NCBI RefSeq assembly: GCF_006345805.1
Contig: NC_043020.1
Location: forward strand, 16,430,001 to 16,494,000
Direction of reading: 5' to 3'
DNA length: 64,000 bases
From: Octopus sinensis
Lineage: Eukaryota
Below the pieces are notes generated by a model that worked only from the letters and a program-made list of their open reading frames with translations, ran no database searches and was not told the origin of the DNA. The position numbers were made by a program, and so were the translations under genes. Below are positions 63,809 through 64,000 of the stretch, piece after piece. Numbering within the stretch: the stretch's first letter is position 1; each line of letters starts with the position of its first letter.

Positions 63809-64000
63809 CGTTATTATTTGTTTTCTTTTCTTCTTCACATAGTTGATCAAATAAATTTGTTTCTATAGATTAGTTTGGTTCCTGGTTTATTTCATAAGTT
63901 CACTTGATATATTCTCAATAATTTCAGCTTCTGTAAATGACCAACATTGATATTTCTGTTTATTATATATAGAACAGTTATGGCATCTCTGGGAGAACGC

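Overview
AT-rich, microsatellite-dense eukaryotic non-coding DNA with no long intact protein-coding ORF; most ORFs in the supplied track are translations of microsatellites or repeats. The repeat landscape resembles octopus (coleoid cephalopod) genomes, which is an inference from remembered repeat sequences, not a search. Recognisable content: (i) dozens of tRNA-headed SINEs of at least four families plus a (GAT)n-tailed repeat; (ii) a full-length but dead mariner (DD34D) transposase, a probable piggyBac remnant, TTAA- and TA-flanked MITEs and non-autonomous Helitrons; (iii) 3' fragments of RTE, CR1, Tx1/L1 and R4/Dong-like LINEs; (iv) two recent tandem duplications. The most striking signal is a set of hammerhead ribozyme motifs in at least four unrelated non-coding elements, most of them embedded in (TA)n tracts. 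The best case is a head-to-tail ~595-bp array (20251-21645) with one canonical hammerhead per monomer on the minus strand and an unusually long stem II, i.e. a retrozyme/Penelope-like circular-RNA-producing architecture. A second pattern is that (TAA)n-tailed Dong-like elements repeatedly sit in the (TTA)n tails left by SINEs. A few short candidate exons with canonical splice sites suggest the window may be intronic, but no gene could be identified.
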